A stretch of DNA of 64,000 nucleotides from an uncultured Candidatus Saccharibacteria bacterium (GTDB lineage: Bacteria > Patescibacteriota > Minisyncoccia > Phycocordibacterales > CAIZLB01), in the NCBI GenBank assembly GCA_964550955.1, contig CAZKAF010000001.1, positions 393,920 to 457,919 of the forward strand, given 5' to 3'. Numbering within the stretch: position 1 is the stretch's first letter; the number at the start of each line of letters is the position of its first letter. The notes under the pieces were generated by a model. It made no database searches. It was not told the origin of the DNA and saw only the letters and a program-made list of their open reading frames with translations. Of the stretch, positions 39,461 to 48,992 are shown piece by piece. The translations under genes and the position numbers were made by a program.

Positions 39461-40678
39461 ATGAAAAACGTAATTCGAGTCATCATAATTATCGCAATAT
39501 TACTCATTCTCGTCTTCTTGAGCGTGGGCATCGTTCGGATAGTTCCAAAAGCCCTCTCTTCCCTTGCCTCTGCAACTGTTTCCATCGGTTCAATCTTCAG
39601 CGGAAACGATTCGAGCGCGACTTCGACCAGCGGAGTGGCCGGAAACAATCAAGGCACGACCATCGTTCCTGACGGAAACGGTTTTGTTATCGTCGGTTCT
39701 ACCTCGACAAGCCCTACGGCGACATCGACTTCCATTATTGATATCCTAAAATCCAAGCCGACGGATTCGAACGTCAACTATATTCCTGCGCCCGGAAGTC
39801 CGGTTCAAAACGCCGGGAACACAGGAACAATTAATACGGGCTCGCAGGCAAGCACGCAGGCATGCGTAAGCGGACGAAGTCCCGATCTTGCCGTGACCAT
39901 CCTTTCAAAGGGCGTCATCAACAAATCGACCGGGCTTTTCGTCGAGACGAACACGTTCACGACAGCTGACACCGTTTCGATCAGATTCAAGGTAAGCAAC
40001 CTCGGAACATGCGCCTCGGGCTCATGGAATCTCAAGGTCGTCATGCCATCGCAGGACGCGTCGGACCAGCTCCGGGACGTCATGAACGTCAATCCTCTTC
40101 CGGCGGGAGCCTCCGTTACGGGACAGGCAAACTTTGATAACCCGAGAATCACGAACCCTGTCTTCACCCTTGTCGTCACTGACAGAAGCGGACGGGACGC
40201 CAACGCATCCAACAGCGCGCTCTCCGTCAGCCTTCCTGTCGTGCAGGCCGGACCCGGAACGAACCCGGGAACGGTTCCAGTGTCAGGCGACGGCCGAGCG
40301 GACCTTGCAGTCCGAGTTCTCCAAGTAGGAACGCTCGACATCTATAACAGATTCGTGCCGCGAGCTCAGGGCTCATACGGAAACTTCAGGGCCGGCGAGC
40401 GAGTCGCGGTGCAGTTCGAAGTCATCAATCAGGGACGAATCGCGTCCGGACCGTGGAACTTCAGCGCGCAGCTTTCAAATTCTGCCAACGGCCAGTATCA
40501 GAATCCGCAATACGAGGCATCGATTCCATCAGGAGGAAAATCAACGTATACAATCGCGTATGACAACCTCGCGATCGGCTCGAATACCGTTTCCATCTAC
40601 GTGGACAACATGAATCAGGTAAACGAATTCAACGAGACGAACAACAGCGCGGCAGCAGGATTCAATGTGAGCTATTAA
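39461..40678 (+). CDS. Membrane-anchored surface protein with two CARDB-like domains
   Basis: N-terminal signal anchor, S/T-rich linker, two modules beginning PDLAVTIL.../ADLAVRVL... and ending ...NEFNETNNSAAAGFNVSY (the usual CARDB ending). Confidence 0.55.
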   Translation: MKNVIRVIIIIAILLILVFLSVGIVRIVPKALSSLASATVSIGSIFSGNDSSATSTSGVAGNNQGTTIVPDGNGFVIVGSTSTSPTATSTSIIDILKSKPTDSNVNYIPAPGSPVQNAGNTGTINTGSQASTQACVSGRSPDLAVTILSKGVINKSTGLFVETNTFTTADTVSIRFKVSNLGTCASGSWNLKVVMPSQDASDQLRDVMNVNPLPAGASVTGQANFDNPRITNPVFTLVVTDRSGRDANASNSALSVSLPVVQAGPGTNPGTVPVSGDGRADLAVRVLQVGTLDIYNRFVPRAQGSYGNFRAGERVAVQFEVINQGRIASGPWNFSAQLSNSANGQYQNPQYEASIPSGGKSTYTIAYDNLAIGSNTVSIYVDNMNQVNEFNETNNSAAAGFNVSY

Positions 40679-40785
40679 GCTGTCCCCGCGACCCAAGAAG
40701 GCAAGCCCATCGCAAGACTGCCTGCCTCGAGGAGGACGCGCGGACATAAAAGCTCCTGTCCCACGAACTTCTTAAGCCGGCTTGT

Positions 40786-40811
40786 TGCATATAGCAAATT
40801 TGCTATATGCA
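40786..40811. repeat. Perfect 26-bp AT-rich palindrome (TGCATATAGCAAA|TTTGCTATATGCA)
   Basis: Read directly from the sequence. Lies between the CARDB gene stop and the next plus-strand gene, upstream of two TATAAT boxes. Confidence 0.6.
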
Positions 40812-40980
40812 TAAAGTAAGCGCAAAGGAGAATGCCCTCGGCGGAAACGCCAGGGTATTTCTTTTTTTATAATTCTATGGTATAATTATATACGGAAATA
40901 CGCTTCGATGTTTCCTGCATTGCGCACCCAGTTATCGGTGCCTATGCGGGCATCGAAACGGCACACGGCGTGCTTGCGCA

Positions 40981-41793
40981 ATGCACTTTCAAAATCGCTC
41001 AGCGATGTTCGAAGAAGAGACAGAAAGACACAGAACCATGCAACAGCATATCAGCACTGAAAAGACAGGCGCAAACGCAGCCGGAACAGCAGAAGCGCTT
41101 CCCCGCGGAGCCGTGACCCGGCCTCCCGTCGGGCGCGATACCGCAGAGGCAAAGGCTTGGGGGAAACTTTCCTCCCAATTCAGCAACTGCTGGCCAATGA
41201 GGAACGGGTTTCCCCACCTCAGCCGCGATGCCGACTCCTACACAGGCGTCGTCCAGAAGTACAAGGAAAGCAAGCGGCTGCTGTGGGTCGGAATCATCAT
41301 CGGCATCGCGGCATTCGCCTTGATGGCTTACAACCTGTATGCCGCCCCGGCCGACATGCCGGTCGTTGACGCGATCATTCCAAGCGTTTTCATCGCGCTC
41401 GTTTCGTTCTTGATTATCACCGCGGCTTCCTGCGGCGTCATCAAATTCGGATGCGAGGACGGCCTCGCCGAAATGGTCGAGTCGTGGAACAAGGCAAAAG
41501 GAATAATCATCGGCACCGAAACCTGGAAATACCTGGTGGACGAAATCCACCAGCACTATTACGACAAGGACAGATGTGCCGAGCTCAACGCCGAATGCGC
41601 GGAGACATGGAGAGCTGAGATGTCAGGAATCTGCGTTCAAATTCATTTCTGCGAAGCAAAGCGGGACATGAAAGGAAAGCGGCAGCTTCGCGGCAGCCTG
41701 AACTCGATGCTCCAGGTCGGGCGAGACCTCGGCTTCGTCACCAACAACGAAGATTTTAAAACCTTCTTCCAAATGGCGGCAGGGACCAGGTAA
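40981..41793 (+). CDS. Hypothetical membrane protein with two TM helices and a Cys-rich C-terminal part
   Basis: ORF with plausible composition. Two hydrophobic helices (LLWVGIIIGIAAFALMAY and IIPSVFIALVSFLIITAA). Start codon uncertain. No recognisable domain. Confidence 0.3.
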   Translation: MHFQNRSAMFEEETERHRTMQQHISTEKTGANAAGTAEALPRGAVTRPPVGRDTAEAKAWGKLSSQFSNCWPMRNGFPHLSRDADSYTGVVQKYKESKRLLWVGIIIGIAAFALMAYNLYAAPADMPVVDAIIPSVFIALVSFLIITAASCGVIKFGCEDGLAEMVESWNKAKGIIIGTETWKYLVDEIHQHYYDKDRCAELNAECAETWRAEMSGICVQIHFCEAKRDMKGKRQLRGSLNSMLQVGRDLGFVTNNEDFKTFFQMAAGTR

Positions 41794-41822
41794 ACTGAGA
41801 CCGAAAAGGCACAGCGCAATCA

Positions 41823-41856
41823 ACGCCGCAGAGAGCAATCTCTGCGGCGTTTTTAT
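41823..41856 (+). terminator. Rho-independent terminator
   Basis: 12-bp stem acgccgcagaga/tctctgcggcgt with loop gcaa, then TTTTT. Confidence 0.75.
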
Positions 41857-41916
41857 ATTGCCTATTTTATGCGCACCGGCGCCTCCCCTTTTTGCCCCGT
41901 CGATGGCCTTGTCTGA

Positions 41917-44094
41917 CTAGATGTCGATGTTCGCCATTCGGGCGTTCGTCTGGATGAACGTCTTTCGCGACGGAACGTCATTGCCCATGAGCACCTCGAT
42001 GATCTTGCTCGCCTCGGTGGCATCCTCGACGGCAACCTGCTTGAGTACGCGCTTGCTGATATCCATGGTGGTCTCGCCGAGCTCTTCCGCGTTCATTTCT
42101 CCGAGACCCTTGTATCGCTGGATGTGGATCTTGGCAGACTTGGCAGGGGCAGCTTTGCCCTTGCCTTTCTTGCCGGCCGCCCCAGCCTCTTCCTCTTCGG
42201 GCTCTTCGACTTCCAGCTCGGCATCCGAGTCGCCCGACTCGTCTATCTCCTGGACCGCATTCATGTCCACGCCCTCCTTCTTGAGGAAGCTGTTCTTCTC
42301 TTCATCGTTATAGAAATAATAGACTTCCTTGCCCTTCTTCACCTTGTAGAGCGGCGGCTGGGCGATATAGACGAAGCCTCCGTCGATAAGCGGCCGGAAG
42401 TATCGGTACATGAGCGTCAGGATAAGCGTCCGGATGTGGGCGCCGTCCACGTCGGCATCGGTCGCGATGATGATCTTGTGGTATCGGAGCTTCGAAAGGT
42501 CGAACGTGTCGCCGATGGCAGTACCGAGCGCGATGACCAGGTTTCGGATCTGTTCCGATGCGAGCATCTTGTCGAGCCGCGCTCGCTCGATGTTAAGGAT
42601 CTTTCCTCGAAGCGGAAGGACCGCCTGAGTTCGTCGGTCTCGTCCCATCTTGGCCGTGCCTCCGGCTGAGTCTCCCTCCACGATGAAGAGTTCTGATTCC
42701 TCCGCCTTTCGCGTCTGGCAGTCAGCCAATTTTCCAGGAAGCGTCATCCCCTCAAGCGCGCCTTTCCGAAGAACCGAGTCCTTGGCAGCCTTGGCAGCCT
42801 TTCGAGCCCTGAGAGCGAGAAGACCCTTGTTGATGATGGCCTTTGCATCGTCAGGATTCTCTTCCATGAACTCGGAGAAGGCCTCCGCGAATACCGAAGC
42901 GGTAGCAGCCTGAGCCTCGGTCGATCCGAGCTTGGCCTTAGTCTGTCCTTCGAACTGAATTTCAGGAAGCTTTACGGATACCACAGCCACGAGGCCTTCG
43001 AGCACGTCATCGCCGGTAAGGTTATCCTCGGAATCCTTGATGATGTTGTTTTTCTTGGCATACTGGTTCAGCGTTCGAGTCAGCGCCATCCTGAAACCGG
43101 CAACATGGGTGCCTCCTTCGGAGTTATACGTATTGTTGGCAAAAGCGACGATCTTCGAGTTCATTTCGTCGACATACTGGAGAGCCAGCTCGACATACAC
43201 GCTTTTGTTTCGCGCCTGTCCCGCTTCAGTGCTCCCTTTTTCGAGAACATACTCCTTGTCAATATGGAAAATATTCCTATGAACCGGCTTTTGAGTTCGG
43301 TTATAGAACGCGACGAGCGACCGGAGTCCTCCTTCGAAATAGAACGACATGGAAGGGACATCGAGTCCCGCTTCCTTCAGGAAATAGATGTCGCTTGTCT
43401 TCGGATCGAGAAGGTCCTCCATTTTTTTCTGGTCATAGCCGCGCGCGTCGACGACGTTGATTTCGACTCCCTTGACGAGATAGGCCTGCTGCCGAAGATG
43501 ATTGACGATCTTGTTCCAGTCGAAGTTTATTCCCTCCTTGAATATTTCGACGTCAGGCTTGAACATGACAATGGAACCATGAGTCTTGGTCGTGCCGATT
43601 TTCTTCGTCGGAGCTTTCGGGATGCCGATATTGTACTCCTGCATGTGGAGTCCGCCGTCCTGATGAACGATGACCCGGGTATGCACCGAAAGGGCGTTCA
43701 CTACGGATGCGCCCACGCCGTGAAGGCCTCCGGATACCTTGTACGCGTTGTTGTCGAATTTGCCTCCGGCATGGAGAACGGTCATGATCGTTTCGAGAGC
43801 GGAAACCTTCGTCTTAGGATGAATGCCTACCGGAATGCCGTTACCGTCATCCACCACTCGCACATATCCGTCAGGAAGAAGCGCGACCTCGATATGCGAG
43901 CATCGTCCGGCCATGGCCTCGTCTCGGGCGTTGTCGAAGATTTCCCAGATAAGGTGGTGAAGACCCTCGGGGCCCGTCGTGCCGATGTACATGCCGGGTC
44001 GCTTTCGGACCGGTTCAAGACCTTCGAGAACGGTGATTGACGACGCGTCGTACACGTCCTTATTTTTCGGTTTTTTGGTTTCTTCTTTGGCCAT
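41917..44094 (-). CDS. gyrB: DNA gyrase subunit B (type IIA topoisomerase ATPase subunit)
   Basis: GHKL ATPase motifs (LHHLIWEIFDNARDEAMAG, GLHGVGASVVNALS), TOPRIM EGDSAGG, and C-terminal DADVDGAHIRTLILT. Acidic/K-rich insertion near the C-terminus. 725 aa. Extended -10 TGGTATAAT about 45 nt upstream. Confidence 0.85.
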   Translation of the reverse strand: MAKEETKKPKNKDVYDASSITVLEGLEPVRKRPGMYIGTTGPEGLHHLIWEIFDNARDEAMAGRCSHIEVALLPDGYVRVVDDGNGIPVGIHPKTKVSALETIMTVLHAGGKFDNNAYKVSGGLHGVGASVVNALSVHTRVIVHQDGGLHMQEYNIGIPKAPTKKIGTTKTHGSIVMFKPDVEIFKEGINFDWNKIVNHLRQQAYLVKGVEINVVDARGYDQKKMEDLLDPKTSDIYFLKEAGLDVPSMSFYFEGGLRSLVAFYNRTQKPVHRNIFHIDKEYVLEKGSTEAGQARNKSVYVELALQYVDEMNSKIVAFANNTYNSEGGTHVAGFRMALTRTLNQYAKKNNIIKDSEDNLTGDDVLEGLVAVVSVKLPEIQFEGQTKAKLGSTEAQAATASVFAEAFSEFMEENPDDAKAIINKGLLALRARKAAKAAKDSVLRKGALEGMTLPGKLADCQTRKAEESELFIVEGDSAGGTAKMGRDRRTQAVLPLRGKILNIERARLDKMLASEQIRNLVIALGTAIGDTFDLSKLRYHKIIIATDADVDGAHIRTLILTLMYRYFRPLIDGGFVYIAQPPLYKVKKGKEVYYFYNDEEKNSFLKKEGVDMNAVQEIDESGDSDAELEVEEPEEEEAGAAGKKGKGKAAPAKSAKIHIQRYKGLGEMNAEELGETTMDISKRVLKQVAVEDATEASKIIEVLMGNDVPSRKTFIQTNARMANIDI

Positions 44095-44224
44095 TTGATT
44101 TGCAAAAATATGCGCTGATATATGTATTAAATTACCTGATTATTATACCAAATTTTGGGCTCCTAGGCGGTATTGACAGCAAGCCCACATATTGTGCCCT
44201 TTAGCGTCAGGGCCCTATTTCTAG

Positions 44225-45763
44225 CTATATAATTTCGCGCACGACGTCCTCCATCTTTGAACTCCTGCTCCCTTTTACCAGCACGACCGTCTTCCCCGCT
44301 TTCAGCTTTCTTTCGGACAGAAACGTCGTCAGGATGTCCGCGCAAAGCTGCTTGCTTGAAAAGTAATGAGTCCGAGGGAGAGAAGCAGACGCAGGAACCG
44401 ACCCGGGTGCCGGAACCGACGCGTCCGCGGAGGCGGTATCGTCGGAATGGATGCCGACCAAGAAGACTTCGCTTACATCAAGGCCTGCGGCAGTTTCCAA
44501 AATTTTCCTATACCCCTGCTTTAAAAAATCCCCCTGTTCCTTGAGAGACCCGAGGACCAGGACCAGCGCGGAATCTTCTTCGGGAAACATCGCCCGCGCA
44601 GCTGACAAGGAAGCGCAGACGGAGTCAGGGTTTGCATTGTATGTGTCATCTATGACCGCAAGCGAATCATTCACCGCATGAATATCGAAACGGCCGGCCT
44701 CAAGTTTTGCAGACAGGATGCCCTCGACAATTTCTTCGGATGAAAGACCATGCGCCAAGCCAACTTCGGCAGCCAGCGCAACGTCCGTCATGACATGCGA
44801 TGCGTTTAAATATTTGTACTGGCGGGCGGCAAGCTTGCTTAGAATCTCCAAAATTTCCTTCTTTTCAGATTCAACCGGAACCACGGCTACGTCCGCCCGG
44901 TTCATCTTATGCGCGACGGCCTCTTTTATTTTTTCCAGACATTCTTCTCCGGCAGGCGCGAAAAGTTTGGCATCATGCGCAGAATGCTCCGCAAGCATTG
45001 CCTTCTCTTCCGCAATGACATTCTTTGAGCCGAGAAACTCGATATGGGCCGTGCCGATATTCGTAATCACGACATCGGTCGGCTTCATGACCGAAGAAAG
45101 CAATGACATCTCGCCGACATGATTTATGCCGGCCTCGAAAACGGCCATCTCGGTTTCAGGCTCCATCGCCAAGACGGACAGCGGCACGCCGATATGATTG
45201 TTCAGGTTGCCCTTGGTTGAAGCGACTTTATACTTTCGGGACAGCACGGATGCGACCAGGTTCTTGGTCGTTGTCTTGCCGTTGCTGCCCGTCACGCCGA
45301 TAACCGGAATATTGAACGACTCTCGATACGCCCGTGCCAAATCTTGCAAGAAAGCAAGGGTCGATTCAGCTTGCACGAACGTGATATTTGGAAATTTTGC
45401 GCAAAGCTCCTCGAGGCTTTTTGCGGCGCCGCTGCCTCCTATTTCGGAACCCCCTTCCTTTTCCGTCCCTATTTGCGCCGCGCCTTGTATCACGACCGCT
45501 GAGGCGCCTTTTTCAATGGCGCTCTCGATAAATTCGCGGCCGTCCACGACCTCGCCGGCCAGCGCGACGAACATTGCAAGCGGCGCGAGAGTCCTCGTAT
45601 CAGTTGAGACAGAATTTATGGAAATTTCATGCTCGGCCGAATCAGCATTTTGATCAATATTTTGAGAAGCCGAATCCGCCCCCGCCTTCCTGCAGGCAAT
45701 GCAATTCACGCTCAGTTTTTTTCCCTTGTACTCGATTTGAATTGTCGCGGATCTCGTTTTCAT
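44225..45763 (-). CDS. murF: UDP-N-acetylmuramoyl-tripeptide--D-alanyl-D-alanine ligase
   Basis: ISTDTR motif (SVSTDTRTL) and ATP-binding GVTGSNGKTTTK. Start at MKTRSAT; the upstream part of the ORF-track entry is excluded. Confidence 0.75.
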   Translation of the reverse strand: MKTRSATIQIEYKGKKLSVNCIACRKAGADSASQNIDQNADSAEHEISINSVSTDTRTLAPLAMFVALAGEVVDGREFIESAIEKGASAVVIQGAAQIGTEKEGGSEIGGSGAAKSLEELCAKFPNITFVQAESTLAFLQDLARAYRESFNIPVIGVTGSNGKTTTKNLVASVLSRKYKVASTKGNLNNHIGVPLSVLAMEPETEMAVFEAGINHVGEMSLLSSVMKPTDVVITNIGTAHIEFLGSKNVIAEEKAMLAEHSAHDAKLFAPAGEECLEKIKEAVAHKMNRADVAVVPVESEKKEILEILSKLAARQYKYLNASHVMTDVALAAEVGLAHGLSSEEIVEGILSAKLEAGRFDIHAVNDSLAVIDDTYNANPDSVCASLSAARAMFPEEDSALVLVLGSLKEQGDFLKQGYRKILETAAGLDVSEVFLVGIHSDDTASADASVPAPGSVPASASLPRTHYFSSKQLCADILTTFLSERKLKAGKTVVLVKGSRSSKMEDVVREII

Positions 45764-45800
45764 GCTGGTTGTTTTTCGCGTAAGCCGTTCAAGCCGCGGG

Positions 45801-46766
45801 TTATTTGAGCAATATAGCCTCAATGCACATGAAGAGCGGAATTTCCTTTCGAGCGGCATCTTCTATTTTGGCTTTCGGGCCGGGCTGGCTCTTCTTATGC
45901 GAAGACCATTCCTCGATGCGCGTTACCGCGAAGCCGTGCTTCGTCAGCCACTTGACGAAAACCTGAAGCGGCCGGTGATATGAGATGGTGTATTTTTTAT
46001 GAGAAGAGCCGCTCGGCGTGCCCGGATTCATGTCTATCTGCATGGTGCCCTCGCTCAGATATTGATACACGACTCGCCCCTGCTTGCCGACATTCGGATC
46101 GTGCTCTTTTCGAGCAATATTCTCATTAAAATACCAATCGGAATTTTGGGGAACGCGAAACGACGGATGGTTCAGGACGAGCACGAACTTGCCGCCTTTT
46201 TTCATCGCGCGCGAAGTTTCCTTGAACATTTCATCAAGTTCTTTTATGTTCTGAGCAGCAAGAATGCACGTTGCCTTGTCCGCTGTCCCGTCTTCAATGA
46301 AAGAGAGGTCGTTTGCGGGCTTAACGAAAAACGAGACGTTGCCGACTTTTTCCTCCTTGAGGCGCTTTTCCGCTTTTTGGACAAGCTCATGGGAAATGTC
46401 CGACGCGAAGACGTTGTACGCATGCCGGGCGAATCGCTCGGTGAAGAAGCCTTGTCCGCATGCGATATCGAGAACCGTTTCAGTTTTTTGAATGTCCAGG
46501 ATTCGAATGAGATTCGGCAGGACAACGGCTTTCTGATACGAGTCATCGCTGTCGAGATATTCATCGTACCAGTCCGCGACCTTGCCCCAAGATGAGCTTT
46601 TCACGAATCCTTTAGCGGCCCTCCTGGCGGCATTCTGCGGATCGCGAGGGTTTCCCTGAGAACCGCCCTTTCCTGCCTTTTGAGAATCGCTCCGTTGAGG
46701 TTTCTGGAAACTGCCCTGCTCCCGCTTTCCGTTTCCGCCTTGATTCGAATTTGAGCCGTTTTTCAT
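45801..46766 (-). CDS. Class I SAM-dependent methyltransferase with a basic, disordered N-terminus
   Basis: Motif I VLDIACGQGFFT. Gly/Lys/Gln-rich N-terminal 60 aa. Confidence 0.6.
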   Translation of the reverse strand: MKNGSNSNQGGNGKREQGSFQKPQRSDSQKAGKGGSQGNPRDPQNAARRAAKGFVKSSSWGKVADWYDEYLDSDDSYQKAVVLPNLIRILDIQKTETVLDIACGQGFFTERFARHAYNVFASDISHELVQKAEKRLKEEKVGNVSFFVKPANDLSFIEDGTADKATCILAAQNIKELDEMFKETSRAMKKGGKFVLVLNHPSFRVPQNSDWYFNENIARKEHDPNVGKQGRVVYQYLSEGTMQIDMNPGTPSGSSHKKYTISYHRPLQVFVKWLTKHGFAVTRIEEWSSHKKSQPGPKAKIEDAARKEIPLFMCIEAILLK

Positions 46767-46869
46767 AGAACTACCATAGCACGAAAACGGCCTTTTAAAA
46801 ATCGATTGCGCCCGGCCTCTCCATTGAAAAGCAAGCTATTCCAGACGCCGTTCCCGCATGCATGTGTAA

Positions 46870-46898
46870 TTGACATATTTATTTATATATAGTATAAT
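46870..46898 (+). promoter_or_regulatory. Consensus promoter TTGACA-N17-TATAAT with a roughly 145-nt leader to the 47049 gene
   Basis: TTGACA at 46870-46875, TATAAT at 46893-46898. Confidence 0.55.
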
Positions 46899-47048
46899 AA
46901 AACAGATATTTGGTCCTTTGAAATGCCTCGCTTGACTGCATCCTTTAGGGAAACTTGAGCTCGCTCGAGCCTTGAAAGATGCAGTCAACATATTGCCTGC
47001 CTCATCAGCTCAACCAGAACACCAACACCCAGCAGAGGAATACAGAAC

Positions 47049-47801
47049 ATGAAAAAATACATTGCAATCGCCCTTCTCGGGATTCTCACGACCTTTGTCG
47101 TGGCCAACCCTGCCAGCCTCAACGAAGCCGTCAATCGGCTCGTCGGCCTCGGCATCGAGCAGATTCTCACTCAGGAGCTTGGCGACAAGCTCATGGACGA
47201 GGCCGTCAAGCAAGCCGGGAATTATGATGACATTTCCTTTCATCGGATTTACTACGACGCCAGGGACGAAACGTATACCCGAGCATTCGCCGGGAACGGC
47301 GGCCAGTCGTTTGACGAGTACGTCGCTCTCAGGACGATCGTCGTCTCGAAGCTCAAGGAACACCTGCATTCGGGAGACACCCTGATGCGGACCTATCTGG
47401 CGGAACGGGAACGGTTCGCCAAGAAAGTGAAGGACGCAGACGCTCAAACGTACAGGAAGATTCGAAGGAAAATTACTGACGGAATCGCCTGCCTCACGGC
47501 TTTCAAAAATCCTGAGATAAAAGAGCGCTACGACGCTCTTGAATCGGCGGAACGGACCAGGAACAGGTTTCCTGATCTGGCCCTGCTGCAGGAAAACCTG
47601 TCAGCAAAGGAAACGGCAGAGAAAATCCTGGCCGGCGGGCTGAGGACGAAGGAAGATGACAGCGCGGAGGAGAAATTCTTTGCCCAGTTCAATGACCCAG
47701 ACCTTGCAAAGTTTGCGGGCCGAAGGTCTGCAGAGGGAGGAGACGAGCTGGTTGAAAAATACCTGCAAGTCCTCAAGCTCATGATTGAAGACGCGTTCTG
47801 A
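47049..47801 (+). CDS. Secreted hypothetical protein
   Basis: Signal peptide MKKYIAIALLGILTTFVVA. Otherwise no recognisable domain. Confidence 0.4.
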   Translation: MKKYIAIALLGILTTFVVANPASLNEAVNRLVGLGIEQILTQELGDKLMDEAVKQAGNYDDISFHRIYYDARDETYTRAFAGNGGQSFDEYVALRTIVVSKLKEHLHSGDTLMRTYLAERERFAKKVKDADAQTYRKIRRKITDGIACLTAFKNPEIKERYDALESAERTRNRFPDLALLQENLSAKETAEKILAGGLRTKEDDSAEEKFFAQFNDPDLAKFAGRRSAEGGDELVEKYLQVLKLMIEDAF

Positions 47802-47892
47802 GCCCTTAAGCAAGAGGCCTGACGCTCTTCCGAATGGCAGTATCCCTGCCCGATGCAAGTGCTCGCAGGCTTTGCCTGACGACTTGCAACCG

Positions 47893-47925
47893 GCGCCGCC
47901 TCGACAAACGAGGCGGCGCTTTTTA
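47893..47925 (+). terminator. Rho-independent terminator
   Basis: Perfect 11-bp stem gcgccgcctcg/cgaggcggcgc with loop acaaa, then TTTTT. Confidence 0.8.
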
Positions 47926-48031
47926 TATTTCATGCCTGAACGCGCCGCATTAATTTTTTCCAAGTAAACAAGGCGCATCGAAAGATGCGCCTTGTTCGTA
48001 TTGATCAATTGCCGATGGGCTGAATGTCTTG

Positions 48032-48463
48032 CTATTCAGTGATAGCCTTCACCGCATCTTTGGTCACCTTCTTCGCAACCTTGGCAGCGGTTTTGCCGGA
48101 CTTCTTGGCCGCGCCCTTGCCGGCGGAAAGCTCCTTCTTGATAGCTTTCCAATGGCCTTTCATTTCCTTCGCGAGCTTCGCGACTTCGGACACGTCGATG
48201 TTCTTTACGTTCTCGTATTTTCTCATGACCGCGTCGACGGCGTCCTGATACAGCTTCTCGTCGATTTCCTTTATCTTTTCAATTTTCTCAAGCACCTCGC
48301 CCTTGGCCCGAAGCGCCCAGCCTTTTACCTGCTTGACCTTCTTCTGGACATTCTTGTTTCCATAGATGAAATATGCGCCTGCTGCCGCAGCGGCGGCGAT
48401 TCCAAGGATAGCGAGACCGTGTCCTGAAGCTTCATTCTTTTTCTTTGAATTATTTTTTGCCAT
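48032..48463 (-). CDS. Small Lys-rich protein with one TM helix
   Basis: TM helix GLAILGIAAAAAAGAYFIY, then a K/A/E-rich helical region. Confidence 0.35.
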   Translation of the reverse strand: MAKNNSKKKNEASGHGLAILGIAAAAAAGAYFIYGNKNVQKKVKQVKGWALRAKGEVLEKIEKIKEIDEKLYQDAVDAVMRKYENVKNIDVSEVAKLAKEMKGHWKAIKKELSAGKGAAKKSGKTAAKVAKKVTKDAVKAITE

Positions 48464-48649
48464 AAATATTTTAGATTATTATCGAAACTGAATATCTGCC
48501 TGAATAATGGGAGCCAATTAAGTATACCACGTAAGCAGACCTGCAACCTGGCGTACGCATATAGAGACGCCGAAACGGCCGCTTTCTTACATCGCCAGCA
48601 TCTCGAATCGGGCAACTCTCAATCGGCGCGGAACCGGACGGAACCCGTC

Positions 48650-48967
48650 CTATTCGGCATCAGAATGCTTCGAGCTCTTCCTGCCGCCCCTGGCTTTTCT
48701 CATGACCTGTCCCAGCATGAACGAAGCGATCCATTTGCCCAAGCCTGAAACTTTCGTGCCTTCCTCCTTGATTCTTTCTCGAAGCCCGTCGATGTCATCC
48801 GCGACCTTCACGCTCTCGGCCTCGACTCGCTCCATGATGCGCGAAAAGGCGCGAGCGGATTTCGCGAGGTAGTACAGCACGAAAACCAGCAAGATTCCCA
48901 GGAAGACGACGACTATCGTGGTGATGAAAAAGAAGATGTCCGCATGTATTAAATTTGGCGTGTTCAT
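48650..48967 (-). CDS. Small membrane protein
   Basis: N-terminal TM helix and a charged C-terminal half. Confidence 0.35.
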   Translation of the reverse strand: MNTPNLIHADIFFFITTIVVVFLGILLVFVLYYLAKSARAFSRIMERVEAESVKVADDIDGLRERIKEEGTKVSGLGKWIASFMLGQVMRKARGGRKSSKHSDAE

Positions 48968-48992
48968 GGTTTGGGCTGTTTGCTAGGCATTA

